A DNA stretch of 64,000 nucleotides from NCBI GenBank assembly GCA_040954595.2, contig CM082584.2, forward strand, positions 482,281 through 546,280, read 5' to 3'. Position 1 is the first letter of the stretch. Each line of letters begins with the position of its first letter. The stretch comes from Balanoglossus misakiensis. Its lineage: Eukaryota > Animalia > Hemichordata. Of this stretch, positions 1 through 13,000 are shown in pieces. Under the pieces are notes generated by a model, which was not told the origin of the DNA, made no database searches, and saw only the letters and a program-made list of their open reading frames with translations. The translations under genes were made by a program, and so were the position numbers.

Positions 1-1179
1 ATGATTTTTCAAAAATTTACCATTTTTGTCAAAATATGGCCAAAATGGCTATTTTTCTTGAATTCCGTCAATATCTCAGCATTTTTGGAGTAGTCGAGAG
101 TTTTAACATACAATCAACATGTCATATATGATCAGGGCACCAAATTCGAATTCTGGAATTTGCAGCACTTTTTACAAGAGAACGACACTTCATGCTCCAT
201 AATATTTCCGAAAATGAAGAAAAGAGTTAATTTTTTATGATTTTTCAAAAATTTACAATTTTTGTCAAAATATGGCCAAAATGGCTATTTTTCTTGAATT
301 CCGTCAATATCTCAGCATTTTTGGAGTAGTCGAGAGTTTTAACATACAATCAACATGTCATATATGATCAGGGCACCAAATTCGAAGAACAAAGGTTTTT
401 TTTTTTTTTTTCTAAAAATGACATTTTCAAGGAAAATTTGGTAAAACGCAATTTTGTCTGCAGTGAGCCAAATTAGACGGTCTTTTGTGGAAATTGTATC
501 GATATATACATACGAAGAGCATTCTACACTCCATCAGATTTCCGAAAATGTAGAAAACAGGTATTTTTTGTAAATTTCAAAACTTTACCATTTTGACTAA
601 ATTGTGGCTAAAATTGTTATTTTCGTGATGAATGCCGCCAGTGTCACTGCTTTTAAAAGTCATAAAAACTTTTAACATACAAGCAATTGTTTATATATGA
701 TCAGGTCACCGAATTAAAAAAATAAAGAATGTTTTGCCTAAAAATGACCTTTTTGGTGCAAAAACGAATAAAACGCAATCTTGTATTAAATCAGTTCATT
801 CAGAGTGCATGTTTTATAATAAGCACCAATTTTACATATAATGGAAATTTCATACATCATCAGATATCCAAATATGAAAAAATGATTTAGATTTTAGATG
901 ATTGTCCAAAATTAGCTGATATCTAATAAATGTAGTATTGAACCGTTCTGCCCCCCCCCCCCCCTTACATTATATGCGGTACGCCGATGTCAGCTTACCC
1001 GGCAGTACTGTAGGCCGTGCCCCCAACAAACGTCGGTGTTTGAAACGCCCTGGTTAAATTCGGGCTCTCTCTATAAATCGACAGGCAATAATGCAGTCCT
1101 ACCGGAACAAATGTCAAGTGTTGAACCGCTGTGACTTTCCCTGTTCGGTTTGCCCGACTTAGCCAACGTCTTTGTACTA

Positions 1180-2045
1180 GAGTGTCGGGTCTTTTGCAGA
1201 GCCAGGCCGAAGGAAATCCGACTTGATCACCGTTGCTAACGAACGCTAGTGTCTGTCATGGTGTGCCGGGGTTTTAGTCGAGCCAGGCCGTAGGAGATCT
1301 GACTTCATCATCGTCGTCAATGTACGCGTGTTTCCGCTCTAAAGCGCCGGGGCTTCAGCTAAACCAGGCCGTAGGAAATCCGAAGTAATCACCGTTCATA
1401 ACTTACGCCAGTCTGTGTCATATAGAGCCGGTGCACCAGCCGAGTCACGCCGTAGGAAATCCGACTTGATCAACGTGGTCAATGTACGCCTGTTTCTGCT
1501 CTAGAGTGCCGGGGCTTCAGCTGAGCCAGGCCGTAAGAAAACCCGACGTGATTACCGTTGTTAACTTACGCCAGTCTGTGTCCTATATATAGTGCCGGGG
1601 CATCAGCCGTGCCAGGCCGAAGGAAATGTGAGAAGATCAACGTGGTCTCTGTACGCGTGTTTCTGCTCTAGAGTGCCAGGGCTTTAGTTAAGCCATGCCG
1701 TAGGAAATCTGACTTGATCAAAGTTGCTAACGAACGCTAGTGTCTGTCATAGTGTGCCGGGGTTTTAGTCGAGCCAAGCCGTAGGAGATCAGACTTGATC
1801 AACGTGGTCTCTGTACGCGTGTTTCTGCTCTAGAGTGCCGGGGCTTTATCCAACCCATGCCGTTGAAAATCTGACTTGATCACCGTTGCTAACGTACGCT
1901 AGTGTCTGTCATATTGTGACGAGATTTAGCCGAGCCAGGCCGTAGAAAAATCGACTTGTTCAACGTTATCAGTGTCCAACTGTTTCTGCTCTAGAGTGTC
2001 AGGGTTTTAGCCGACTTATGCTGTAGGAAATCTGAGTTGATGAAC
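1180..2045. repeat. 81-bp subrepeat array within a macrosatellite unit (representative copy, about 11 monomers)
   Basis: Core GCCGTAGGAAATCTGACTTGATCAACGT variants at about 1206, 1287, 1368, 1449, 1530, 1616, 1697, 1778, 1859, 1939 and 2020. Alternating monomer types give a 162-bp dimer. Confidence 0.93.
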
Positions 2046-2099
2046 GGGAATTCAATGTTAGAAAACCCGTGTGGAAAGTATCTCTACCCGTTTGAAACT

Positions 2100-2990
2100 A
2101 AGAAAAGAATTTATTCTTATTTATTTTGTAAAAAAGACAATTTTTCGAAAACAAGTCGAAAATGGTAATTTTGTCTTGGGTGATTCAAATTATACCACAT
2201 TTTCTGGAATTTGCAGCACTTTTTACAAGAGAACGACACTTCATGCTCCATAATATTTCCGAAAATGAAGAAAAGAGTTTTATTTTTTATGATTTTTTAA
2301 AAATGTACCATTTTGTCAAAATATGGCCAAAATGGCTATTTTTTCTTGAATTCCGTCAATATCTCAGCATTTTTGGAGTGGTCGAGAGTTTTAACATACA
2401 ATCAACATGTCATATATGATCAGGGCACCAAATTCGAAGAACGAAGGTTTTTTTATTTTATTTTTCTAAAAATGACATTTTCAAGGAAAATTTGGTAAAA
2501 CGCAATTTTGTCTGCAGTGAGCCAAATTAGACGGTCTTTTGTGGAATTGGTATCGATATATATATACGAAGAGCATTCTATACTCCATCAGATTTCCGAA
2601 AATGTAGAAAACAGGTATTTTTTGTAATTTTCAAAAATTTACCATTTTGACCAAATTGTGGTTAAAATTGTTATTTTCGTGTTGAATGCCGCCAGTGTCA
2701 CTGCTTTTAAAAGTCATAAAAACTTTTAACATGCAAGCAATTGCTTATATATGATCAGGTCACCGAATTAAAAAAAATAAAGAATGTTTTGCCTAAAAAT
2801 GACCTTTTTGGTGCAAAAACGAATAAAACGCAATTTTGTATTAAATCAGCTCATTCAGAGTGCATTTTTTATAATCAGCACCATTTTTACATATAATGGA
2901 AATTTCATACATCATCAGATATCCAAATATGAAAAAATGATTTAGATTTTAGATGATTGTCCAAAATTAGCTGATATCTAATAAATGTAG
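2100..2990. repeat. AT-rich block of diverged ~330-bp subrepeats within a macrosatellite unit (representative copy)
   Basis: Paralogous anchors CTCCATAATATTTCCGAAAATG (2246), CTCCATCAGATTTCCGAAAATG (2583) and CATCATCAGATATCCAAATATG (2910); also paired TATATGATCAGGKCACC and AAAACGCAATTTTGT motifs. Confidence 0.85.
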
Positions 2991-3869
2991 TATTGAACCG
3001 TTCTGCCCCCCCCCCTTACATTATATGCGGTACGCCGATGTCAGCTTACCCGGCAGTACTGTAGGCCGTGCCCCCAACAAACGTCGGTGTTTGAAACGCC
3101 CTGGTTAAATTCGGGCTCTCTCTATAAATCGACAGGCAATAATGCAGTCCTACCGGAACAAATGTCAAGTGTTGAACCGCTGTGACTTTCCCTGTTCGGT
3201 TTGCCCGACTTAGCCAACGTCTTTGTACTAGAGTGTCGGGTCTTTTGCAGAGCCAGGCCGAAGGAAATCCGACTTGATCACCGTTGCTAACGAACGCTAG
3301 TGTCTGTCATGGTGTGCCGGGGTTTTAGTCGAGCCAGGCCGTAGGAGATCTGACTTGATCATCGTGGTCAATGTACGCGTGTTTCCGCTCTAAAGTGCCG
3401 GGGCTTCAGCTAAACCAGGACGTAGGAAATCCGACGTAATCACCGTTGATAACTTACGCCAGTCTGTGTCATATAGAGCCGGTGCACCAGCCGAGTCACG
3501 CCGTAGGAAATCTGACTTGATCAACGTGGTCAATGTACGCCTGTTTCTGCTCTAGAGTGCCGGGGCTTCAGCTGAGCCAGGCCGTAGGAAACCCGACGTG
3601 ATTACCGTTGTTAACTTACGCCAGTCTGTGTCCTATATATAGTGCCGGGGCATCAGCCGTGCCAGGCCGAAGGAAATGTGAGTAGATCAACGTGGTCTCT
3701 GTACGCGTGTTTCTGCTCTAGAGTGTCAGGGCTTTAGCAAAGCCATGCCGTAGGAAATCTGACTTGATCAACGTTGCTAGCGAACGCTAGTGTCTGTCAT
3801 AGTGTGCCGGGGTTTTAGTCGAGCCAAGCCGTAGGAGATCAGACTTGATCAACGTTGCTAACGAACGCT

Positions 3870-4056
3870 CAATATTTTTAAGCGTAATTTGAAAACATAC
3901 CTTTTTACTCGGTTTTATGTGTAACGTGTTCGATTGTGTCCTTTTAACTATTTTTACCAGCCTTGTATTTTTTAATCTACTGTTTTAGCTGTGCACAATG
4001 CGCTGAGACGTATGTGTAGCGCATTTTAAACAATTCTTAATAATAATAATAATAAT
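3870..4056 (+). mobile_element. 5'-truncated LINE 3' end (L2/CR1 group), 187 bp, copy 1
   Basis: Reads NIFKRNLKTYLFTRFYV*, matching the FKxxLKTxLF C-terminus typical of L2/CR1-group ORF2. The 3' UTR has an 8-bp stem AATGCGCT...AGCGCATT and a (TAA)n tail. Flanked by AACGCT (3864-3869 and 4057-4062). Confidence 0.8.
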
Positions 4057-7000
4057 AACGCTAGTGTCTGTCATAGTGTGCCGGGGTTTTAGTCGAGCCA
4101 AGCCGTAGGAGATCAGACTTCATCAACGTGGTCTCTGTACGCGTGTTTCTGCTCTAGAGTGCCGGGGCTTTATCCAAGCCATGGCGTAGAAAATCTGACT
4201 TGATCACCGTTGCTAACGTACGCTAGTGTCTGTCATATTGTGACGGAGATTTAGCCGAGCCAGGCCGTAGAAAAATCGACTTGTTCAACGTTACCAGTGT
4301 GCAACTGTTTCTGCTCTAGAGTGTCAGGGTTTTAGCTGACTTATGCTGTAGGAAATCTGAGTTGATGAACGGGAATTCAATGTTAGAAAACCCGTGTGGA
4401 AAGTATCTCTTCCCGTTTGAAACTAAGAAAAGAATTTATTCTTATTTATTTTGTTAAAAAGACAATTTTTCGAAAAAAAGTCGAAAATGGTAATTTTGTC
4501 TTGGGTGATTCAAATTATACCACCTTTTCTGGAATTTGCAGCACTTTTTACAAGAGAACGACACTTCATGCTCCATAATATTTCCGAAAATGAAGAAAAT
4601 AGTTAATGTTTTATGATTTTTTTAAAATTTACCATTTTTGTCAAAATATGGCCAAAATGGCTATTTTTTCTTGAATTCCGTCAATATCTCTGCATTTTTG
4701 GAGTGGTCGAAAGTTTTAACATACAATCAACATGTCATATATGATCAGGGCACCACATTTGAAGAACAAAGGTTTTTTATTTTTTTTTCTAAAAATGACA
4801 TTTTAAAGGAAAATTTGGTAAAACGCAATTTTGTCTGCAGTGAGCCAAATTAGACGGTCTTTTGTGGAATTTGTATCGATATATACATACGAAGAGCATT
4901 CTATACTCCATCAGATTTCCAAAAATGTAGAAAACAGGTATTTTTTGTAATTTTCAAAAAATTACCATTTTGACCAAATTGTGGCTAAAATTGTTATTTT
5001 CGTGTTGAATGCCGCCAGTGTCACTGCTTTTAAAAGTCATAAAAACTTTTAACATACAAGCAATTGTTTATATATGATCAGGTCACCGAATTAAAAAAAT
5101 AAAGAATGTTTTGCCTAAAAATGACCTTTTTGGTGCAAAAACGAATAAAACGCAATCTTGTATTAAATCAGTTCATTCAGAGTGCATGTTTTATAATAAG
5201 CACCAATTTTACATATAATGGAAATTTCATACATCATCAGATATCCAAATATGAAAAAATGATTTAGATTTTAGATGATTGTCCAAAATTAGCTGATATC
5301 TAATAAATGTAGTATTGAACCGTTCTGCCCCCCCCCCCCTTACATTATATGCGGTACGCCGATGTCAGCTTACCCGGCAGTACTGTAGGCCGTGCCCCCA
5401 ACAAACGTCGGTGTTTGAAACGCCCTGGTTAAATTCGGGCTCTCTCTATAAATCGACAGGCAATAATGCAGTCCTACCGGAACAAATGTCAAGTGTTGAA
5501 CCGCTGTGACTTTCCCTGTTCGGTTTGCCCGACTTAGCCAACGTCTTTGTACTAGAGTGTCGGGTCTTTTGCAGAGCCAGGCCGAAGGAAATCCGACTTG
5601 ATCACCGTTGCTAACGAACGCTAGTGTCTGTCATGGTGTGCCGGGGTTTTAGTCGAGCCAGGCCGTAGGAGATCTGACTTGATCATCGTGGTCAATGTAC
5701 GCGTGTTTCCGCTCTAAAGTGCCGGGGCTTCAGCTAAACCAGGCCGTAGGAAATCCGACGTAATCACCGTTGATAACTTACGCCAGTCTGTGTCATATAT
5801 ATAGTGCCGGGGCATCAGCCGTGCCAGGCCGAAGGAAATGTGAGTAGATCAACGTGGTCTCTGTACGCGTGTTTCTGCTCTAGAGTGCCGGGGCTTTATC
5901 CAAGCCATGCCGTAGAAAATCTGACTTGATCACCATTGCTAACGAACGCTAGTGTCTGTCATAGTGTGCCGGGGTTTTAGTCTAGCCAAGCCGTAGGAGA
6001 TCAGACTTGATCAACGTGGTCTCTGTACGCGTGTTTCTGCTCTATAGTGCCGGGGCTTTATCCAAGCCATGCCGTAGAAAATCTGACTTGATCACCGTTG
6101 CTAACGTACGCTAGTGTCTGTCATATTGTGACGGAGATTTAGCCGAGCCAGGTCGTAGAAAAATCGACTTGTTCAACGTTACCAGTGTGCAACTGTTTCT
6201 GCTCTAGAGTGTCAGGGTTTTAGCCGACTTATGCTGTAGGAAATCTGAGTTGATGAACGGGAATTCAATGTTAGAAAACCCGTGTGGAAAGTATCTCTAC
6301 CCGTTTGAAACTAAGAAAAGAATTTATTCTTATTTATTTTGTAAAAAAAGACAATTTTTCGAAAAAAAGTTGAAAATGGTAATTTTGTCTTGGGTGATTC
6401 AAATTATACCGCCTTTTCTGGAATTTGCAGCACTTTTTGCAAGAGAACGACACTTCATGCTCCATAATATTTCCGAAAATGAAGAAAAGAGTTAATTTTT
6501 TATGATTTTTCAAAAATTTACCATTTTTGTCAAAATATGGCCAAAATGGCTATTTTTCTTGAATTCCGTCAATATCTCTGCATTTTTGGAGTGGTCGAGA
6601 GTTTTAACATACAATCAACATGTCATATATGATCAGGGCACCAAATTCGAAGTACAAAGGTTTTTTTATTTTTTTTTCTAAAAATGACATTTTCAAGGAA
6701 AATTTGGTAAAACGCAATTTTGTCTGCAGTGAGCCAAATTAGACGGTCTTTTGTGGAATTTGTATCGATATATACATACGAAGAGCATTCTATACTCCAT
6801 CAGATTTCCGAAAATGTAGAAAACAGGTATTTTTTGTAATTTTCAAAAATTTACCATTTTGACCAAATTGTGGCTAAAATTGTTATTTTCGTGTTGAATG
6901 CCGCCAGTGTCACTGCTTTTAAAAGTCATAAAAACTTTAAACATACAAGCAATTGTTTATATATGATCAGGTCACCGAATTAAAAATATAAAGAATGTTT

Positions 7001-10000
7001 TGCCTAAAAATGACCTTTTTGGTGCAAAAACGAATAAAACGCAATCTTGTATTAAATCAGTTCATTCAGAGTGCATGTTTTATAATAAGCACCATTTTTA
7101 CATATAATGGAAATTTCATACATCATCAGATATCCAAATATGAAAAAATGATTTAGATTTTAGATGATTGTCCAAAATTAGCTGATATCTAATAAATGTA
7201 GTATTCAACCGTTCTGTCCCCCCCCCCCCTACATTATATGCGGTACGCCGATGTCAGCTTACCCGGCAGTACTGCAGGCCGTGCCCCCAAATAACGTCGG
7301 TGTTTGAAACGCCCTGGTTAAATTCGGGCTTTCTCTATAAATTGACAGGCAATAATGCAGTCCTACCCGAACAAATGTCGAGTGTTGACCCCTGTGACTT
7401 TCCCTCTTCGGTTTGCCCGACTTAGCCAACGTCTTTGTACTAATGTGTCGGGTCTTTTGCAGAGCCAGGCCGAAGGAAATCCGACTTGATCACCGTTGCT
7501 AACGAACGCTAGTGTCTGTCATGGTGTGCCGGGGTTTTAGTCGAGCCAGGCCGTAGGAGATCTGACTTGATCATCGCGGTCAATGTACGCGTGTTTCCGC
7601 TCTAAAGTGCCGGGGCTTCAGCTAAACCATGCCGTAGGAAATCCGGCGTAATCACCGTTGATAACTCACGCCAGTCTGTGTCATATAGAGCCGGTGCACC
7701 AGCCGAGTCACGCCGTAGGAAATCTGACTTGATCAACGTGGTCAATGTACGCCTGTTTCTGCTCTAAAGTGCCGGGGCTTTAGCTAAACCATGCCGTAGG
7801 AAATCCGACGTAATCACCGTTGATAACTTACGCCAGTCTGTGTCATATAGAGCCGGTGCACCAGCCGAGTCACGCCGTAGGAAATCTGACTTGATCAACG
7901 TGGTCAATGTACGCCTGTTTCTGCTCTAGAGTGCCGGGGCTTCAGCTGAGCCAGGCCGTAGGAAACCCGACGTGATTACCGTTGTTAACTTACGCCAGTC
8001 TGTGTCCTATATATAGTGCCGGGGCATCAGCCGTGCCAGGCCGAAGGAAATGTGAGTAGATCAACGTGGTCTCTGTACGCGTGTTTCTGCTCTAGAGTGT
8101 CAGGGCTTTAGCAAAGCCATGCCGTAGGAAATCTGACTTGATCAACGTTGCTAACGAACGCTAGTGTCTGTCATAGTGTGCCGGGGTTTTAGTCGAGCCA
8201 AGCCGTAGGAGATCAGACTTGATCAACGTGGTCTCTGTACGCGTGTTTCTGCTCTAGAGTGCCGGGGCTTTATCCAACCCATGCCGTTGAAAATCTGACT
8301 TGATCACCGTTGCTAACGTACGCTAGTGTCTGTCATATTGTGACGAGATTTAGCCGAGCCAGGCCGTAGAAAAATCGACTTGTTCAACGTTATCAGTGTG
8401 CAACTGTTTCTGCTCTAGAGTGTCAGGGTTTTAGCCGACTTATGCTGTAGGAAATCTGAGTTGATGAACGGGAATTCAATGTTAGAAAACCCGTGTGGAA
8501 AGTATCTCTACCCGTTTGAAACTAAGAAAAGAATTTATTCTTATTTATTTTTTAAAAAAGACAATTTTTCGAAAACAAGTCGAAAATGGTAATTTTGTCT
8601 TGGGTGATTCAAATTATACAACATTTTCTGGAATTTGCAGCACTTTTTACAAGAGAACGACACTTCATGCTCCATAATATTTCCGAAAATGAAGAAAAGA
8701 GTTTATTTTTTATGATTTTTTAAAAATGTACCATTTTGTCAAAATATGACCAAAATGGCTATTTTTTCTTGAATTCCGTCAATATCTCTGCATTTTTGGA
8801 GTGGTGGAAAGTTTTAACATACAATCAACATGTCATATATGATCAGGGCACCAAATTCGAAGAACGAAGGTTTTTTTATTTTATTTTTCTAAAAATGACA
8901 TTTTCAAGGAAAATTTGGTAAAACGCAATTTTGTCTGCAGTAAGCCAAATTAGACGGTCTTTTGTGGAATTTGTATCGATATATATATACGAAGAGCATT
9001 CTATACTCCATCAGATTTCCGAAAATGTAGAGAACAGGTACTTTTTGTAATTTTCAAAAATTTACCATTTTGACCAAATTGTGGTTAAAATTGTTATTTT
9101 CGTGTTGAATGCCGCCAGTGTCACTGCTTTTAAAAGTCATAAAAACTTTTAACATGCAAGCAATTGCTTATATATGATCAGGCCACCGAATTAAAAAAAT
9201 AAAGAATGTTTTGCCTAAAAATGACCTTTTTGGTGCAAAAACGAATAAAACGCAATTTTTGTATTAAATCAGCTCATTCAGAGTGCATTTTTTATAATCA
9301 GCACCATTTTTACATATATTGGAAATTTCATACATCATCAGATATCCAAATATGAAAAAATGATTTAGATTTTAGATGATTGTCCAAAATTAGCTGATAT
9401 CTAATAAATGTAGTATTGAACCGTTCTGTCCCCCCCCCCCTACATTATATGCGGTACGCCGATGTCAGCTTACCCGGCAGTACTGCAGGCCGTGCCCCCA
9501 AATAACGTCGGTGTTTGAAACGCCCTGGTTAAATTCGGGCTTTCTCTATAAATTGACAGGCAATAATGCAGTCCTACCCGAACAAATGTCGAGTGTTGAC
9601 CCGCTGTGACTTTCCCTCTTCGGTTTGCCCGACTTAGCCAACGCCTCTGTACTAATGTGTCGGGTCTTTTGCAGAGCCAGGCCGAAGGAAATCCGACTTG
9701 ATCACCGTTGCTAACGAACGCTAGTGTCTGTCATGGTGTGCCGGGGTTTTAGTCGAGCCAGGCCGTAGGAGATCTGACTTGATCATCGTGGTCAATGTAC
9801 GCGTGTTTCCGCTCTGAAGTGCTGGGGCTTCAGCTAAACCATGCCGTAGGAAATCCGACGTAATCACCGTTGATAACTTACGCCAGTCTGTGTCATATAG
9901 AGCCGGTGCACCAGCCGAGTCACGCCGTAGGAAATCTGACTTGATCAACGTGGTCAATGGACGCCTGTTTCTGCTCTAGAGTGCCGGGGCTTCAGCTGAG

Positions 10001-13000
10001 CCAGGCCGTAGGAAACCCGACGTGATTACCGTTGTTAACTTACGCCAGTCTGTGTCCTATATATAGTGCCGGGGCATCAGCCGTGCCAGGCCGAAGGAAA
10101 TGTGAGTAGATCAACGTGGTCTCTGTACGCGTGTTTCTGCTCTAGAGTGCCGGGGCTTTATCCAAGCCATGCCGTAGAAAATCTGACTTGATCACCGTTG
10201 CTAACGTACGATAGTGTCTGTCATATTGTGACGGAGATTTAGCCGAGCCAGGCCGTAGAAAAATCGACTTGTTCAACGTTACCAGTGTGCAACTGTTTCT
10301 GCTCTAAAGTCTCAGGGTTTTAGCCGACTTATGCTGTAGGAAATCTGAGTTGATGAACGGGAATTCAATGTTAGAAAACCCGTGTGGAAAGTATCTCTAC
10401 CCGTTTGAAACTAAGAAAAGAATTTATTCTTATTTTTTTTCTAAAAATGACATTTTCAAGGAACATTTGGTAAAACGCAATTTTGTCTGCAGTGAGCCAA
10501 ATTAGATTGTCTTTTGTGGAATTTGTATCGATATATACATACGAAGAGCATTCTATACTCCATCAGATTTCCGAAAATGAAGAAAAGAGTTTTATTTTTT
10601 ATGATTTTTTAAAAATGTACCATTTTGTCAAAATATGGCCAAAATGGCTATTTTTTCTTGAATTCCGTCAATATCTCTGCATTTTTGGAGTGGTCGAAAG
10701 TTTTAACATACAATCAACATGTCATATATGATCAGGGCACCAAATTCGAAGAACGAAGGTCTTTTTATTTTATTTTTCTAAAAATGACATTTTCAAGGAA
10801 AATTTGGTAAAACGCAATTTTGTCTGCAGTGAGCCAAATTAGACGGTCTTTTGTGGAATTGGTATCGATATATATATACGAAGAGCATTCTATACTCCAT
10901 CAGATTTCCGAAAATGTAGAAAACAGGTATTTTTTGTAATTTTCAAAAATTAACCATTTTGACCAAATTGTGGTTAAAATTGTTATTTTTGTGTTGAATG
11001 CCGCCAGTGTCACTGCTTTTAAAAGTCATAAAAACTTTTAACATGCAAGCAATTGCTTATATATGATCAGGTCACCGAATTAAAAAAATAAAGAATGTTT
11101 TGCCTAAAAATGACCTTTTTGGTGCAAAAACGAATAAAACGCAATTTTGTATTAAATCAGCTCATTCAGAGTGCATTTTTTATAATCAGCACCATTTTTA
11201 CATATAATGGAAATTTCATACATCATCAGATATCCAAATATGAAAAAATGATTTAGATTTTAGATGATTGTCCAAAATTAGCTGATATCTAATAAATGTA
11301 GTATTGAACCGTTCTGTCCCCCCCCCCCCCTATATTATATGCGGTACGCCGATGTCAGCTTACCCGGCAGTACTGCAGGCCGTGCCCCCAAATAACGTCG
11401 GTGTTTGAAACGCCCTGGTTAAATTCGGGCTTTCTCTATAAATTGACAGGCAATAATGCAGTCCTACCCGAACAAATGTCGAGTGTTGACCCGCTGTGAC
11501 TTTCCCTCTTCGGTTTGCCCGACTTAGCCAACGTCTTTGTACTAATGTGTCGGGTCTTTTGCAGAGCCAGGCCGAAGGAAATCCGACTTGATCACCGTTG
11601 CTAACGAACGCTAGTGTCTGTCATGGTGTGCCGGGGTTTTAGTCGAGCCAGGCCGTAGGAGATCTGACTTGATCATCGTGGTCAATGTACGCGTGTTTCC
11701 GCTCTAAAGTGCCGGGGCTTCAGCTAAACCATGCCGTAGGAAATCCGGCGTAATCACCGTTGATAACTCACGCCAGTCTGTGTCATATAGAGCCGGTGCA
11801 CCAGCCGAGTCACGCCGTAGGAAATCTGACTTGATCAACGTGGTCAATGTACGCCTGTTTCTGCTCTAAAGTGCCGGGGCTTTAGCTAAACCATGCCGTA
11901 GGAAATCCGACGTAATCACCGTTGATAACTTACGCCAGTCTGTGTCATATAGAGCCGGTGCACCAGCCGAGTCACGCCGTAGGAAATCTGACTTGATCAA
12001 CGTGGTCAATGTACGCCTGTTTCTGCTCTAGAGTGCCGGGGCTTCAGCTGAGCCAGGCCGTAGGAAACCCGACGTGATTACCGTTGTTAACTTACGCCAG
12101 TCTGTGTCCTATATATAGTGCCGGGGCATCAGCCGTGCCAGGCCGAAGGAAATGTGAGTAGATCAACGTAGTCTCTGTACGCGTGTTTCTGCTCTAGAGT
12201 GTCAGGGCTTTAGCAAAGCCATGCCGTAGAAAATCTGACTAGATCAACGTTGCTAACGAACGCTAGTGTCTGTCATAGTGTGCCGGGGTTTTAGTCGAGC
12301 CAAGCCGTAGGAGATCAGACTTGATCAACGTGGTCTCTGTACGCGTGTTTCTGCTCTAGAGTGCCGGGGCTTTATCCAACCCATGCCGTTGAAAATCTGA
12401 CTTGATCACCGTTGCTAACGTACGCTAGTGTCTGTCATATTGTGACGAGATTTAGCCGAGCCAGGCCGTAGAAAAATCGACTTGTTCAACGTTATCAGTG
12501 TGCAACTGTTTCTGCTCTAGAGTGTCAGGGTTTTAGCCGACTTATGCTGTAGGAAATCTGAGTTGATGAACGGGAATTCAATGTTAGAAAACCCGTGTGG
12601 AAAGTATCTCTACCCGTTTGAAACTAAGAAAAGAATTTATTCTTATTTATTTTTTAAAAAAGACAATTTTTCGAAAACAAGTCGAAAATGGTAATTTTGT
12701 CTTGGGTGATTCAAATTATACCACATTTTCTGGAATTTGCAGCACTTTTTACAAGAGAACGACACTTCATGCTCCATAATATTTCCGAAAATGAAGAAAA
12801 GAGTTTATTTTTTACGATTTTTTAAAAATGTACCATTTTGTCAAAATATGACCAAAATTGCTATTTTTTCTTGAATTCCGTCAATATCTCTGCATTTTTG
12901 GAGTGGTGGAAAGTTTTAACATACAATCAACATGTCATATATGATCAGGGCACCAAATTCGAAGAACGAAGGTTTTTTTATTTTATTTTTCTAAAAATGA

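Noticed and set aside
985-1020. Helitron-like 3' hairpin at the linker palindrome (minus strand)
   Set aside because: No CTRR terminus follows the hairpin (it reads AAGCTGAC), and no matching 5' TC end could be defined.
1180-2045. CRISPR-like look of conserved cores separated by variable segments
   Set aside because: The intervening segments are homologous to each other and recur in every unit; there are no cas genes and the context is eukaryotic.
2037-2085. TGATGA-ACGGG...CCCGT-GTGGAAA hairpin as a hammerhead or SECIS element
   Set aside because: It has TTGATGA rather than CTGATGA, three extra nt before GAAA, and lacks the 3' GA of a SECIS quartet.
2207-2216. Satellite word GAATTTGCAG matching the CACTA TIR
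   Set aside because: Only 10 bp, lacks the terminal TG, and has no partner TIR or TSD; consistent with chance.
2895-2930. Hammerhead-like CTGATGA-tgtat-GAAA on the minus strand of each unit
   Set aside because: No pairable stem II, no convincing stem III/NUH/stem I arrangement, and the core is not kept in the paralogous AT subrepeats. An RNAMotif or Infernal search would settle it.
9721-9957. Minus-strand 27-aa-periodic ORF through the 81-bp array (also 19942-20178)
   Set aside because: 81 is a multiple of 3, but most units have stops in this frame. It is open in two sister units only because of one substitution, and some monomers break the frame.
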